Below, one piece after another: positions 37,475 to 46,718 of a DNA stretch of 64,000 bases (positions are counted from its first letter, which is position 1; every line of letters starts with the position of its first letter). This DNA comes from Candidatus Latescibacterota bacterium (GTDB taxonomy: Bacteria > Latescibacterota > UBA2968 > UBA8231), in NCBI GenBank assembly GCA_965204725.1, contig OZ242005.1, positions 416,001 through 480,000 of the forward strand, in the 5' to 3' direction. Both the position numbers and the translations under genes were made by a program. Below the pieces are notes generated by a model. That model was given only the letters and a program-made list of their open reading frames with translations. It did not search any database and was not told the origin of the DNA.

Positions 37475-38359
37475 ATGAACACTTTGACTAAACGCACCCT
37501 AGGGCGCACCGGCCTCGCGGTCACCCAACTCGGGTTTGGAGCGGCCGAGCGCGGCCTGCCGGATGAAGCAGAGTACGACGCTCAGGCCGGCCGCGTATTG
37601 AATGCGGCCCTCGACGCGGGAATCAACCTCTTTGACACCGCCCCGGATTACGGCGCGAGCGAGGAGCGGATTGGCAAGTTTCTCAGCCATCGCCGCGACG
37701 AGTTTTTCCTCGCGACGAAGTGTGGCTGCAACATCGACGCGGCGGGCCAGCGGCTGGAGCCGAGCCACCTGTGGACGGCCGAGCGCTTGCACACCAACAT
37801 CGACCAGAGCCTGCGCCGCCTAAAAACCGACTGCGTAGATCTGCTCCAGATGCACAATCCCACCGTGGAGGAGGTCGAGCGGGGCGGGCTGATCGAAGCC
37901 CTCGAAGATATTCGCCAAGCCGGAAAGACCCGGTTTATCGGCGTGTCTTCTACGGTGCCGCATTTGGCCGCGTTCATAGCGTCGGAGGCGTTTGACGTGT
38001 TTCAGGTCCCTTACTCCGCCTTGGAGCGCCAGCACGAAAGGATGATTCAGCAAGCGGCCGATGCCGGAGCCGGCATTCTCATTCGCGGCGGCATTAGCTT
38101 GGGCCACCGAGCCAACGAGGAGCGCCAGTCGAAGTGGGAGCGGGCCGAGCTCGACGAGCTCACCGGCGGAATGAGTCGGCACGAGTTTGTCCTGCGCTTC
38201 ACCCTCGCGCACCCAGCGTGTCACACGACGATTGTCGGCACGACGAACCTCGCGCATCTAACGTCCAACGTCGCCGCGGCCTCGGCAGGTCCCCTACCGG
38301 CAGATCGCTACACCGCGGCCAAGGCCAAGCTGGCGCGCATCGGCGAGGGGCCGGAGTAG
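37475..38359 (+). CDS. Aldo/keto reductase
   Basis: LGRTG, GINLFDTAPDYG, LATKCG, SLRRLKTDCVDLLQMH. Confidence 0.93.
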   Translation: MNTLTKRTLGRTGLAVTQLGFGAAERGLPDEAEYDAQAGRVLNAALDAGINLFDTAPDYGASEERIGKFLSHRRDEFFLATKCGCNIDAAGQRLEPSHLWTAERLHTNIDQSLRRLKTDCVDLLQMHNPTVEEVERGGLIEALEDIRQAGKTRFIGVSSTVPHLAAFIASEAFDVFQVPYSALERQHERMIQQAADAGAGILIRGGISLGHRANEERQSKWERAELDELTGGMSRHEFVLRFTLAHPACHTTIVGTTNLAHLTSNVAAASAGPLPADRYTAAKAKLARIGEGPE

Positions 38360-38373
38360 ATCGCCCAAACCCT

Positions 38374-38476
38374 TACTACCCGACACCCGAGGCCAACCTC
38401 CCCGGGATCGAGGGCATCTTGCCCTCGTCGAGGGCGGGACGCCCTCGATCCCAGGGACGCAGCCGCAACACCAGAA
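38374..38476. repeat. Palindromic repeat family B, inverted copy between convergent genes
   Basis: Reverse complement of the 25406-25508 element. Confidence 0.82.
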
Positions 38477-38490
38477 AACTTTGCAGAGAC

Positions 38491-39513
38491 TCAGCGCGAG
38501 TTCGCAGTGTGGCGGGAGCGGTGCTTGCACCATAGCCGGAATGGAATTCCCAACAACGGCAGCGACTGCGCCAAGCCGAAAAAGTGAAAGCGCGCCGGCG
38601 CGAGGGGAGAAAACAAGAGGAACATAGCCAAGAAAACGATGTGATGCGGGAAGAGGACGCCGGTCAGCCAGTAGCTTCCCAAGTGAAATGAGATCAGCAC
38701 CATGCCAAAGGGCCGGTGCAAATGCGGCCTGAACAAAGCAAAGAGCGCGAAAAACTGGGTATAAACGATCCCCAAGAACAGGAGCTGAGTCAGGTATGGC
38801 TGCGACGCGACCAGCGGCAGCAACGGAGGCACGGGAATTGTGTCGGACATCAAGCGCGCCAGCAAAATTCGGACTAGGCTATCCGGCTCTAAAAGGGCTA
38901 GTTTGTTGCCCATTACCTTCCAATAGCCGGCGAGGGAATAGCAGAACAGCACGATGCTCTGGATGAACCAGAAGACCATGATGTAGGTCATGGCGGCTTT
39001 GCGCGACATCCGCTCCGGGTGGGCCGAGGTAGGCGGCAGGAACAGCAGCGCGAAGCTGATGAACAGGTAGAGATGGACCCCGTGATTGATGGAACCATAG
39101 GAATTGTTCACCGCGCCCACGAGGAAGAGATACAGGAAAACGCCGAGCCGCCAGACCAGCGCACCCGGAAAAGTGAACGCCAGCACCGCGACCGACGAAC
39201 CCGCGACCGATATAACGGTTACATGGGCCAGCCATTCGGTGCCGGTCAGATAGTTCAGGAGGCTGATCGGCCACAGCGGGTCCGTGGGCAGATGCCCGCG
39301 GAAGGCTTTACTGTATTCTAGAAAAGATACAGCTATCGTAAAAAACACGAACAGGTAGTAAAACCGGACCAGATAGGCGACTCCGACCGCAGCCCGCGAA
39401 AAATCGGCCGGGGTGCGGCGGTCCCCAGCGTCGAATTGCAGAACATTGCGCCGCAGCCAGCGGCCAGACCCGCGGGTCCTTAGCCTTCGGAGGCCGAGCG
39501 AGGCGTAGCGCAA
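38491..39513 (-). CDS. HTTM-like polytopic membrane protein
   Basis: Multiple TM segments; NSYGSINH, YSLAGYWK, SFHLG; start assigned to the TTG just after the upstream stop. Confidence 0.62.
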   Translation of the reverse strand: MRYASLGLRRLRTRGSGRWLRRNVLQFDAGDRRTPADFSRAAVGVAYLVRFYYLFVFFTIAVSFLEYSKAFRGHLPTDPLWPISLLNYLTGTEWLAHVTVISVAGSSVAVLAFTFPGALVWRLGVFLYLFLVGAVNNSYGSINHGVHLYLFISFALLFLPPTSAHPERMSRKAAMTYIMVFWFIQSIVLFCYSLAGYWKVMGNKLALLEPDSLVRILLARLMSDTIPVPPLLPLVASQPYLTQLLFLGIVYTQFFALFALFRPHLHRPFGMVLISFHLGSYWLTGVLFPHHIVFLAMFLLFSPLAPARFHFFGLAQSLPLLGIPFRLWCKHRSRHTANSR

Positions 39514-39514
39514 G

Positions 39515-40408
39515 TTACTCGTCCTTTCCCGCAGCCGGGGCGAGCTCAATATCGACTTCCCAGAGATGGCGATATTGACCTTGCTCGCTTGTGAACTGGC
39601 CGGTTTGAATGCGACGGATTGCATAGGCCGGGACAGGCCGCACCGTTATACATTCCTCGTCCAACCGGAATTGATAATCGCCGAAATTAAAGTCGAGGTT
39701 GTCCGTAGCGTATTTTTTGCGATGGCTGGGCAGGTCGTTTTCATCCGCCGGATATAGGTGTAGAAAGAAGCGCGCGTCCAAGTCCGCTTCGTCGCAGGAG
39801 TCCCTGACGTAAATCAGGTCGTTCTCGTAGAGGAAAACGTCAAAATGGGAGCGGGCCAGCAATTTTGCGGCCTCGTAACTGCCGTCCCAATTTCCGGTCT
39901 GGCTCCGGCCCCCACCCGTGGTCCAGCGGCCTATTGTGTTTTCCGGTCGGAGCTGAAAAAAGTCGGTGCGTTTCGCTTCGCCTTTGGCCAAGCCGTAGAT
40001 GCCGCGTTGCACCTCGCGCAGGTCAATGCGAGCCTCGATGATGCTGAACTCAACGTCGTTTCCCTCGGCTAGCCTGTTCACAATCGGGTAAAGCCTTTGT
40101 TTTACGGCGTCATTACAGGCCGCTAAGCGGACGCAGTCGTTGACAGTGGTCCCTAGGGCTTTCTGGTCTCTTATATTTCCTGTGGGGATCAAGTAGCGCG
40201 TGCCGGAAACCGGCTCACCGTCTATCGAGTGGACGACGAGGGCATTTTCCGTAACGTACCACTCAGGGATGACATCAAATAGCGTCCAAGCAAAAAACGG
40301 GAATACCTCATCGTGAGTGACCCCAATAACGGGCTTCAGCCAGATCACGATCACGTAGAACCCGAGGAAAAACGGAATCAGAAACTTCAACAGCCGATAG
40401 CGGCTCAT
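39515..40408 (-). CDS. Membrane-anchored hypothetical protein, partner of the HTTM-like gene
   Basis: N-terminal TM then EVFPFFAWTLF; C-terminal RFFLHLYP..DNLDF..IQTGQF module. Confidence 0.65.
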   Translation of the reverse strand: MSRYRLLKFLIPFFLGFYVIVIWLKPVIGVTHDEVFPFFAWTLFDVIPEWYVTENALVVHSIDGEPVSGTRYLIPTGNIRDQKALGTTVNDCVRLAACNDAVKQRLYPIVNRLAEGNDVEFSIIEARIDLREVQRGIYGLAKGEAKRTDFFQLRPENTIGRWTTGGGRSQTGNWDGSYEAAKLLARSHFDVFLYENDLIYVRDSCDEADLDARFFLHLYPADENDLPSHRKKYATDNLDFNFGDYQFRLDEECITVRPVPAYAIRRIQTGQFTSEQGQYRHLWEVDIELAPAAGKDE

Positions 40409-40415
40409 CGAGATA

Positions 40416-40440
40416 CCTTGAATGATGTAGGACGGCTATA
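40416..40440. repeat. Isolated right end of the TATAGCCGTCCTA MITE family
   Basis: CTTGAATGATGTAGGACGGCTATA, compare 59528-59551. Confidence 0.7.
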
Positions 40441-40540
40441 GAAGCAGGCGATCAGTCCGTTGTGTCGAAAGCGGACAATCATTCGTGCAATGTAACCTAT
40501 CACTTCCCAGCTTGCCATTCTTCTTGGCGGCCTAACCACA

Positions 40541-41224
40541 ATGAAACTAATCGTCACCAACGACGACGGCATTGAAGCAGAGGGCCTACAGACCTTAGTC
40601 GGTCTGGCGTCGCGGTGGGGCGAGGTCGTCGTTGTCGCACCGGCCGAGCCTCAGTCCGGTGTTGGCCATCAGTTGACGACCGATAAGGCTATTCGCGTGG
40701 ACAAACTGGCGGAAGACCGCTACCGGATATGGGGCACCCCGGCTGACTGTACCCGTCTGGCATTGAGCACGCTAGCACCCGACGGCGACTGGGTGCTCTC
40801 CGGGATCAATCACGGCGGCAACCTTGGGGTGGATGTGTACGAATCCGGCACGGTAGCGGCCGCTAGGGAGGCGGCTATTCACGGGTGTAAGGCCATCGCC
40901 CTGTCCCACTATACAGTAAAAGGCCGGTCCATCGACTGGCCGCTGGCCGCGGCACGGCTTAGGCCGGTGTTGGATACCGTGCTGAACGAGACGCTCGAAG
41001 CCGGGTGTTTTCTAAACGTGAACCTGCCTCATCCCAACCACGACGAGACCCACTTGAAAACCAAACAGGCCCCGGTGGACCCAAGCCCCCACAAAACCAC
41101 CTTCGCGCAAACCGGCGACGGCTTTCTATACACCGGCGTCTATCAGGAACGCGGGCGCCTACCCGGCAGTGACATAGACCACTGCTTCAAGGGGCGTATC
41201 TCGCTGTCGAAAATCGCCGTTTGA
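40541..41224 (+). CDS. surE: 5'/3'-nucleotidase SurE
   Basis: VTNDDG, GTPADC, VLSGINHGGNLG, SGTVAAAREA. Confidence 0.95.
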   Translation: MKLIVTNDDGIEAEGLQTLVGLASRWGEVVVVAPAEPQSGVGHQLTTDKAIRVDKLAEDRYRIWGTPADCTRLALSTLAPDGDWVLSGINHGGNLGVDVYESGTVAAAREAAIHGCKAIALSHYTVKGRSIDWPLAAARLRPVLDTVLNETLEAGCFLNVNLPHPNHDETHLKTKQAPVDPSPHKTTFAQTGDGFLYTGVYQERGRLPGSDIDHCFKGRISLSKIAV

Positions 41225-41328
41225 ATGGGCCGCATCGCCAGCCCAGTTCCTCAGCGGGTGGCGGATAGTGCGGTATATACATTTATTCCATCCCCGTCGT
41301 CTATTGACAAACAGGACGGAGCAAACCA

Positions 41329-42465
41329 ATGAAAATTGCCGATGTCAGAGCGTTCCCATTGCGGATCGGTGAGAAGCCCGACGAGGCCGGCGGCGATTAC
41401 CACGTGGATCGCTCGGCATTCACCACGATCTACTCGCGCCATCACGAGACCACAGTCATCCGCGTTGAAACGGACAACGGAATTGTCGGATGGGGTGAGG
41501 CGCAGTCGCCGGTGTCGCCGAACACGACTGCGACGATAGTGCGCGAATTGGTGCGGCCGCTGGTCATGGGGTGCGACCCGTTCGACATCGAGGCGATTTG
41601 GACGCGCAACTATGCGGCGATGCGGGAGCGCGGCCATCCAACGGGTTTCTACATCGACGCGCTCGGAGGGACTGACATCGCGTTGTGGGACATCGTGGGA
41701 AAGGCCGTTGGGAAGCCGGTACACAAAATTGCGGGAGGGCGGTATCGAGACGCGATCTTGCTCTACGCAGGAATTGGCGGCACCGACCCGGGGCAGGTTG
41801 CGGATGCGGCTGAGGAGCATCTAAGCTACGGGTACAAGGCGTTGAAGTTGCACTTGCTGCTCGATGGGGAGGGCGTCGCCGAGATTTGCCGCGCCGTGCG
41901 CCAGCGCGTCGGCCCGAGCATCATGCTCATGGTCGATACGCATACGCGGCAAACGGTCGCGAGCGCCATATTGCTCGGTCGCGAGCTTGAGAAGCTAGGT
42001 TGCACTTGGCTGGAGGCGCCGATCATGCCGGAGGATATCCCCGGGCAGGCCGAGATAACCCGGGCATTGGATATGGCGGTGGCGATAGGGGAGTGGTCGC
42101 GCACTCGGTACGAGATGCGCGAGCAGTTCGAGCGCCGGGCCTACGACATCTTAATGCACGACATCGCTCGGACGGGGATTACCGAGGGGCATCGGATTGC
42201 GACGCTAGCCGACACCTACAACATTCCGGTCGCCCCGCATATCGGCGGGGGTGGAATCTTGGCGACTGCGGCGACCGTCGAGTGGTCGGCGTCGTGCCCG
42301 AACTTCATGATCATGGAGCACGCCCACCACGCCAACGCGATCAAGAGTCGGATCCTCAAGGAGCCGTACGAACCCGAAAGCGGCTACTACAAAGTTACCG
42401 ATCGGCCGGGTTTGGGTGTTGAGGTGGATGAGGCCGCGTTGGAGATATATAGCCGTCCTAAATGA
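41329..42465 (+). CDS. Mandelate racemase/muconate lactonizing enzyme family protein
   Basis: TDNGIVGWGE, DIALWDIVGK, KALKLH, LMVD, WLEAP, AIGE, PGLGV. Confidence 0.92.
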   Translation: MKIADVRAFPLRIGEKPDEAGGDYHVDRSAFTTIYSRHHETTVIRVETDNGIVGWGEAQSPVSPNTTATIVRELVRPLVMGCDPFDIEAIWTRNYAAMRERGHPTGFYIDALGGTDIALWDIVGKAVGKPVHKIAGGRYRDAILLYAGIGGTDPGQVADAAEEHLSYGYKALKLHLLLDGEGVAEICRAVRQRVGPSIMLMVDTHTRQTVASAILLGRELEKLGCTWLEAPIMPEDIPGQAEITRALDMAVAIGEWSRTRYEMREQFERRAYDILMHDIARTGITEGHRIATLADTYNIPVAPHIGGGGILATAATVEWSASCPNFMIMEHAHHANAIKSRILKEPYEPESGYYKVTDRPGLGVEVDEAALEIYSRPK

Positions 42466-42553
42466 CTCGAAAGCATGGAATGTTGATAGGCACGGTCTTT
42501 TTGCTTATAAGGCGTCATTCCCGCGAACGCGGGAATCCAGTCTTGAACGATGT
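42448..42553. mobile_element. TATAGCCGTCCTA MITE carrying palindrome family A, right end eroded
   Basis: TATAGCCGTCCTAAATGAC...GTCATTCCCGCGAACGCGGGAATCCAGTCTTGAA. Confidence 0.78.
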
Positions 42554-42612
42554 TCGGAAACAGGGCAAAACACAAATTGGACCGACGGAGCAACCAACAA
42601 AGGAGGATACGC

Positions 42613-43377
42613 ATGCAGAATTCAAAAGTGAACGTTGCAGCCGTCTTAATGGCTGCGGCGTTATGCCTTACTCATGCCGTCCCCGGGCGGTCGGAGCCGG
42701 TCGAGAACAAAAGAAAGGTGTACGTCGGCACCATGGTCGCCGTCTCCCTCGCCCAAGATCTGCACCACCAAACCTCTTTTACCGTCTTGGACAACGAGCT
42801 GACAGCTTCGGGCGACCTCGCCATTGGCTACGGCTACGGCTTCGCGGCTGTTGTGGGAAGGGGGATTTCCGATTACGCGGCCCTTGAACTGACCGGCTCT
42901 TGGTCGAAACAGTCATCTGTCCTCGGGGTTTCCCTGCCCGCCGTCTTGCAGGAATTTTCTAGCGGCGATTTTGAGCTGCCTGCTGGTTTTAGCTACGACG
43001 GGAAATTAGTATCACTCCAGTCGAAAATCGATCTGCTGGTCTATCCGACAAAAATGGCCATGACGCCCGGAGACGGCGTGAAGCCGTACCTCGGCGGCGG
43101 CGTGGGCATCGTGCGCCCAAACATGGACATGGATATTGAGCGGGATGAGCCAACGCAGGCATTTATCGAGACTTTGGAGGAGCTCGGTTTTGCAGAACTG
43201 CTTCCCGAGAAGATAGACGACCGTGGAACCGACTTGCAGTTGACCTTGCGCGCCGGCGTAAACGTGCCTTTCAACGAAATGGATTTGGACTTGGGATGGC
43301 AGTTCTACAGAACGTATATCGAAGGGGAAAACAACAGTTCCCACATAGCGAGCGGCAGCCTGAAGTACGCGTTTTGA
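42613..43377 (+). CDS. Small outer-membrane beta-barrel protein (OmpW/OmpA-TM like)
   Basis: AGGAGG SD, signal peptide, KPYLGGGVG, C-terminal LKYAF. Confidence 0.8.
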   Translation: MQNSKVNVAAVLMAAALCLTHAVPGRSEPVENKRKVYVGTMVAVSLAQDLHHQTSFTVLDNELTASGDLAIGYGYGFAAVVGRGISDYAALELTGSWSKQSSVLGVSLPAVLQEFSSGDFELPAGFSYDGKLVSLQSKIDLLVYPTKMAMTPGDGVKPYLGGGVGIVRPNMDMDIERDEPTQAFIETLEELGFAELLPEKIDDRGTDLQLTLRAGVNVPFNEMDLDLGWQFYRTYIEGENNSSHIASGSLKYAF

Positions 43378-43437
43378 GTCGCCGCGCATTGCCCCGAGTG
43401 AGGGCTTGGCCTATATTGTAAAACCTTGAGAATAGCT

Positions 43438-43519
43438 TCCGTTGGGGGTGGCCCGGTCGCGGGCCTGAGATCAAAACCCTTTGAACCTGAACTGGATCGT
43501 GCCAGCGTAGGGAAACGGA
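43438..43519 (+). ncRNA. TPP riboswitch
   Basis: GGGGTG..CTGAGA..ACCCTTTGAACCTGAACTGGAT..GCCAGCGTAGGGAA consensus; P1 TCCGTT/AACGGA; upstream of thiamine genes. Confidence 0.95.
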
Positions 43520-43540
43520 TGTCGTACGCACCGCGTACGC

Positions 43541-43573
43541 ACCGCTGGCCCATCCGGGGCGAGCGGTTTTTTT
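43541..43573 (+). terminator. Riboswitch expression-platform terminator
   Basis: ACCGCT...AGCGGT hairpin followed by a T run. Confidence 0.75.
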
Positions 43574-43649
43574 ATGCGCCCTCAACGGAATTTTCCGCAA
43601 GAGCGACCCCAAATCGCCCTTGCCCATGCGAAACGAGGGAGCATACCTA

Positions 43650-46001
43650 ATGAGAATTCCACTGCCGTCGGCCAGCTTGCTGGCCGGTTTATTGACGCTG
43701 GCGACGCTATCTTGGGCGCGGGCCGAAGAGGTGCCCGGCCAAGTGTTGGACGCGGCCACCGGGCACCCCTTGGCCGGGGCCAATGTGCAGGCCGGGAACC
43801 GAGCCACCACCACCGACGCCGAGGGCCGCTTCAAGGTGGAGGCGGCCCCGGGCGACTCCCTCGACATTTCCTTTATCGGCTACCAGAGCGTGCGGGTAGC
43901 GGCCATCGCGCCGCTGATCGTGGCCTTGGAGCGCCATATTTTGCAAGCACCCGAAGTGGTGGTGGAAGGCGGCCTAACGCGCCAGCGGCTCGACCGCTTG
44001 GCCGCCAGCGTCACGGTGGTCGAGGGCGACCGTTCCCAAGCCAGCGGGGCCGGGCACTTGCAGGACGCGACCCATGCTGTGCCCAATTTGAATTGGGCCG
44101 GTGGATCGTCCCGGCCGCGCTATTTCCAGATCCGCGGCATTGGCGAGCGCAGCCATTACGCCGGCGAAGGGCCGCCCAGTTTTTCAGTGGGATTCGTCCT
44201 GGACGATATCGACTTGAGCGGCATGGGCACGGCCGGTTTGCTCTTTGACCTCGATCAGGTCGAAGTCTTCAAAGGCCCCCAGTCAACCATTTTTGGCCCC
44301 AACGCCTTGGCCGGTCTAATCAATTTGCGCTCGGCCAACCCTCAGCCGGGGCTTGCCGGGATGGGTCGCGCCGAAGTGGGCAGCGATGGTTTAGGGCGGT
44401 TTTCCGGAGCGGTGAATGTGCCGGTAGGGACCGATCTAGCCCTGCGCGTGGGGTACGAGAACGGCCGCGCCAATGGCTTTCGCGCCAACGCCTTTCTCAA
44501 CGCCGACGATACCAATCACCGGCGCGAGCAGTTGCTGCGCGTCAAGCTAGGCTGGACGCCAGCGGCCGGCCCCGAGGTGTTGGGCACCTTCTTTTGGGCC
44601 GATATGGACAATGGGTACGACGCTTGGGCACCCGACAACAACGAGGGGCTGACCACCTATTCCGACAAGCCGGGCAAGGACCGCCAGCAGACGACCGGGG
44701 CCTCGCTCAAAAGCACTTGGGGGCTGGCCGGAAGCGACGCCGAATTGGTGGCGATTACCGCGTTTTCGCGCAGCGAACTGGAGCACAGCTTTGACGGCGA
44801 TTGGGGCAACGACGCGTACTGGCTGCAAGAACACGGCTTCGACCCAGAGGCCGAGGGATGGAGCTACGACTTTTTCGATCGCAACGTGCGCGATCGCACG
44901 GTTTTGAGCCAAGAGGCCCGGCTCTTGGTCGAGGAGCTGGTAGTGGGAGCCTATTGGAAGCGGCTCGAAGAGGAAGACCATGCAGCGGGCTATTTGTTCG
45001 GCGGCGACGCCACAGACCTGAACGGGCGCTACGAAATCGATAATTTGGCCTTTTACGGCCAGTACGGGCTGGTCTTGGGTGCAGGGTTGCGGCTCGAAGT
45101 CAATGCGCGGCTCGACCGCAACGATACGGCCTATAACGGGACGACGACGAACTACGGGGCCGATAGCACGCGCACCGCGTTTGCCGTCGATCAATGGCTG
45201 GGCGGTGGCAAAGCCTCCCTGAGTTACAACTGGCGTCCGGGCCAAACCCTGTACGCTTCGGCCTCGCGTGGCTACCGCTCGGGCGGGGTCAACCAGCACC
45301 CGTACTTGGCTGCGGAGAACCGCCCCTACGACCCCGAATACCTAGTCAACCTCGAACTCGGCTGGCGCGCCAGCGGGCCGCGTTATTCCACCAGTCTGAC
45401 CCTGTTCCACGCCCTGCGCTCGGCCCAGCAGGTCGAGTTGTCGAGCCAGCAGGACCCGGGCGACCCCAACAGCTTTTTCTACTTCACGGCCAATGCCGTC
45501 ACAGGCCGCAACAGCGGCTTGGAATGGGAGCAGACCTTCCGCCCTCTGCCCTCAGTTGAAGTCTTCGGGTCGCTGGGCTTGCTGACCACCCACATTGATA
45601 CGTACACCTTCCCCATCGCAGCAGGTGAGGAAGCGACCTTGGGCGACCGGGCCGCCGCCCACGCCCCCAACTACACCTTTAGCTTGGGCGGCGAATACCG
45701 CCATCGGTCGGGCTTGGAAGCGCGGCTGGCCCTGACCGGCATGGACCAATTCTTCTATTCTGATAGCCACGACCAAGTCTCCGAGCCGTACCAATTAGTC
45801 AACGCCCACCTCGCCTACGAGCGAGAAGCATGGTCCGTGCAGCTTTGGGGCCGCAACCTGCTCGACGAGCGCTATGGGGTGCGCGGCTTCTACTTTGGCT
45901 TGGAGCCGCCGGATTACGCCGATAAGCTGTACAAAACCTACGGCGACCCGCGCCAAGTCGGCGTGCGGCTGACGACGCGGTTCTCCTCCTTGGGCAACTG
46001 A
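43650..46001 (+). CDS. TonB-dependent receptor, probably for thiamine
   Basis: Signal peptide, N-terminal carboxypeptidase-regulatory-like domain, FQIRGIG, VEVFKGPQ, NLLDERY..GDPRQVG; follows TPP riboswitch. Confidence 0.92.
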   Translation: MRIPLPSASLLAGLLTLATLSWARAEEVPGQVLDAATGHPLAGANVQAGNRATTTDAEGRFKVEAAPGDSLDISFIGYQSVRVAAIAPLIVALERHILQAPEVVVEGGLTRQRLDRLAASVTVVEGDRSQASGAGHLQDATHAVPNLNWAGGSSRPRYFQIRGIGERSHYAGEGPPSFSVGFVLDDIDLSGMGTAGLLFDLDQVEVFKGPQSTIFGPNALAGLINLRSANPQPGLAGMGRAEVGSDGLGRFSGAVNVPVGTDLALRVGYENGRANGFRANAFLNADDTNHRREQLLRVKLGWTPAAGPEVLGTFFWADMDNGYDAWAPDNNEGLTTYSDKPGKDRQQTTGASLKSTWGLAGSDAELVAITAFSRSELEHSFDGDWGNDAYWLQEHGFDPEAEGWSYDFFDRNVRDRTVLSQEARLLVEELVVGAYWKRLEEEDHAAGYLFGGDATDLNGRYEIDNLAFYGQYGLVLGAGLRLEVNARLDRNDTAYNGTTTNYGADSTRTAFAVDQWLGGGKASLSYNWRPGQTLYASASRGYRSGGVNQHPYLAAENRPYDPEYLVNLELGWRASGPRYSTSLTLFHALRSAQQVELSSQQDPGDPNSFFYFTANAVTGRNSGLEWEQTFRPLPSVEVFGSLGLLTTHIDTYTFPIAAGEEATLGDRAAAHAPNYTFSLGGEYRHRSGLEARLALTGMDQFFYSDSHDQVSEPYQLVNAHLAYEREAWSVQLWGRNLLDERYGVRGFYFGLEPPDYADKLYKTYGDPRQVGVRLTTRFSSLGN

Positions 46002-46005
46002 AACC

Positions 46006-46659
46006 ATGCGCGGTCGGTCTGCTCTAATCGTCGGCAATGGGGAGCCGCCCAAGCGAGAATTATTCGCCGCTTGCGCCCAAGAAGCCGAGCTTATTCTGTG
46101 CGCCGATGGCGGGGCCAATACCGCCCGGCGCTATGGGTACGCGCCCGATTACACCGTCGGGGATCTCGACTCGATTACCCACCCGCTCGCCGCCGACCGC
46201 CTCGTCCTCGTCGATCCCTCCGGCCATCTGGGCACGGACGGCCAAAAGGTCCTCAACCACGCGGTCACCTTGGGCGTTACGCACGCCGTCCTCCTCGGTT
46301 TTACCGGGCGGCGCACCGATCACCTGCTGGGCAATTTGAGCCTGCTCAAGACCTTTGCTGACCGCCTCGCCTTGCGAATGGTTGACGACTACTGCGACAT
46401 CCGCCTCATCCATCGCGGCATCCGCTTTCGCGCTGCTATAGGCCAGAAAATTTCCCTGTGCCCACTCAACGGCGCGGCGACCGGCATCACCACCGAGGGG
46501 CTGAAATGGCCCTTGCAGTCCGAGAGCCTCATCCCAGGCGTCCGCGAAGGCATCTCCAACGAGGTGGTGGCTAGTCCGGTTGAAATTCGGGTGGAGGGCG
46601 GCGATCTGCTGTTGTGCGTACAGCGGGAGGAGGGTTGCGGCGCGATTATCTTGGAGTGA
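46006..46659 (+). CDS. thiN: Thiamine pyrophosphokinase
   Basis: CADGGAN, VGDLDS, TD, GRRTDHLLGN, GLKWPL, GISNE. Confidence 0.93.
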   Translation: MRGRSALIVGNGEPPKRELFAACAQEAELILCADGGANTARRYGYAPDYTVGDLDSITHPLAADRLVLVDPSGHLGTDGQKVLNHAVTLGVTHAVLLGFTGRRTDHLLGNLSLLKTFADRLALRMVDDYCDIRLIHRGIRFRAAIGQKISLCPLNGAATGITTEGLKWPLQSESLIPGVREGISNEVVASPVEIRVEGGDLLLCVQREEGCGAIILE

Positions 46660-46718
46660 TTATATTCGTAAAAGCATTAGGACAGATAGCGATGACCGAT
46701 ACATGCAAGAGCCGTAAA

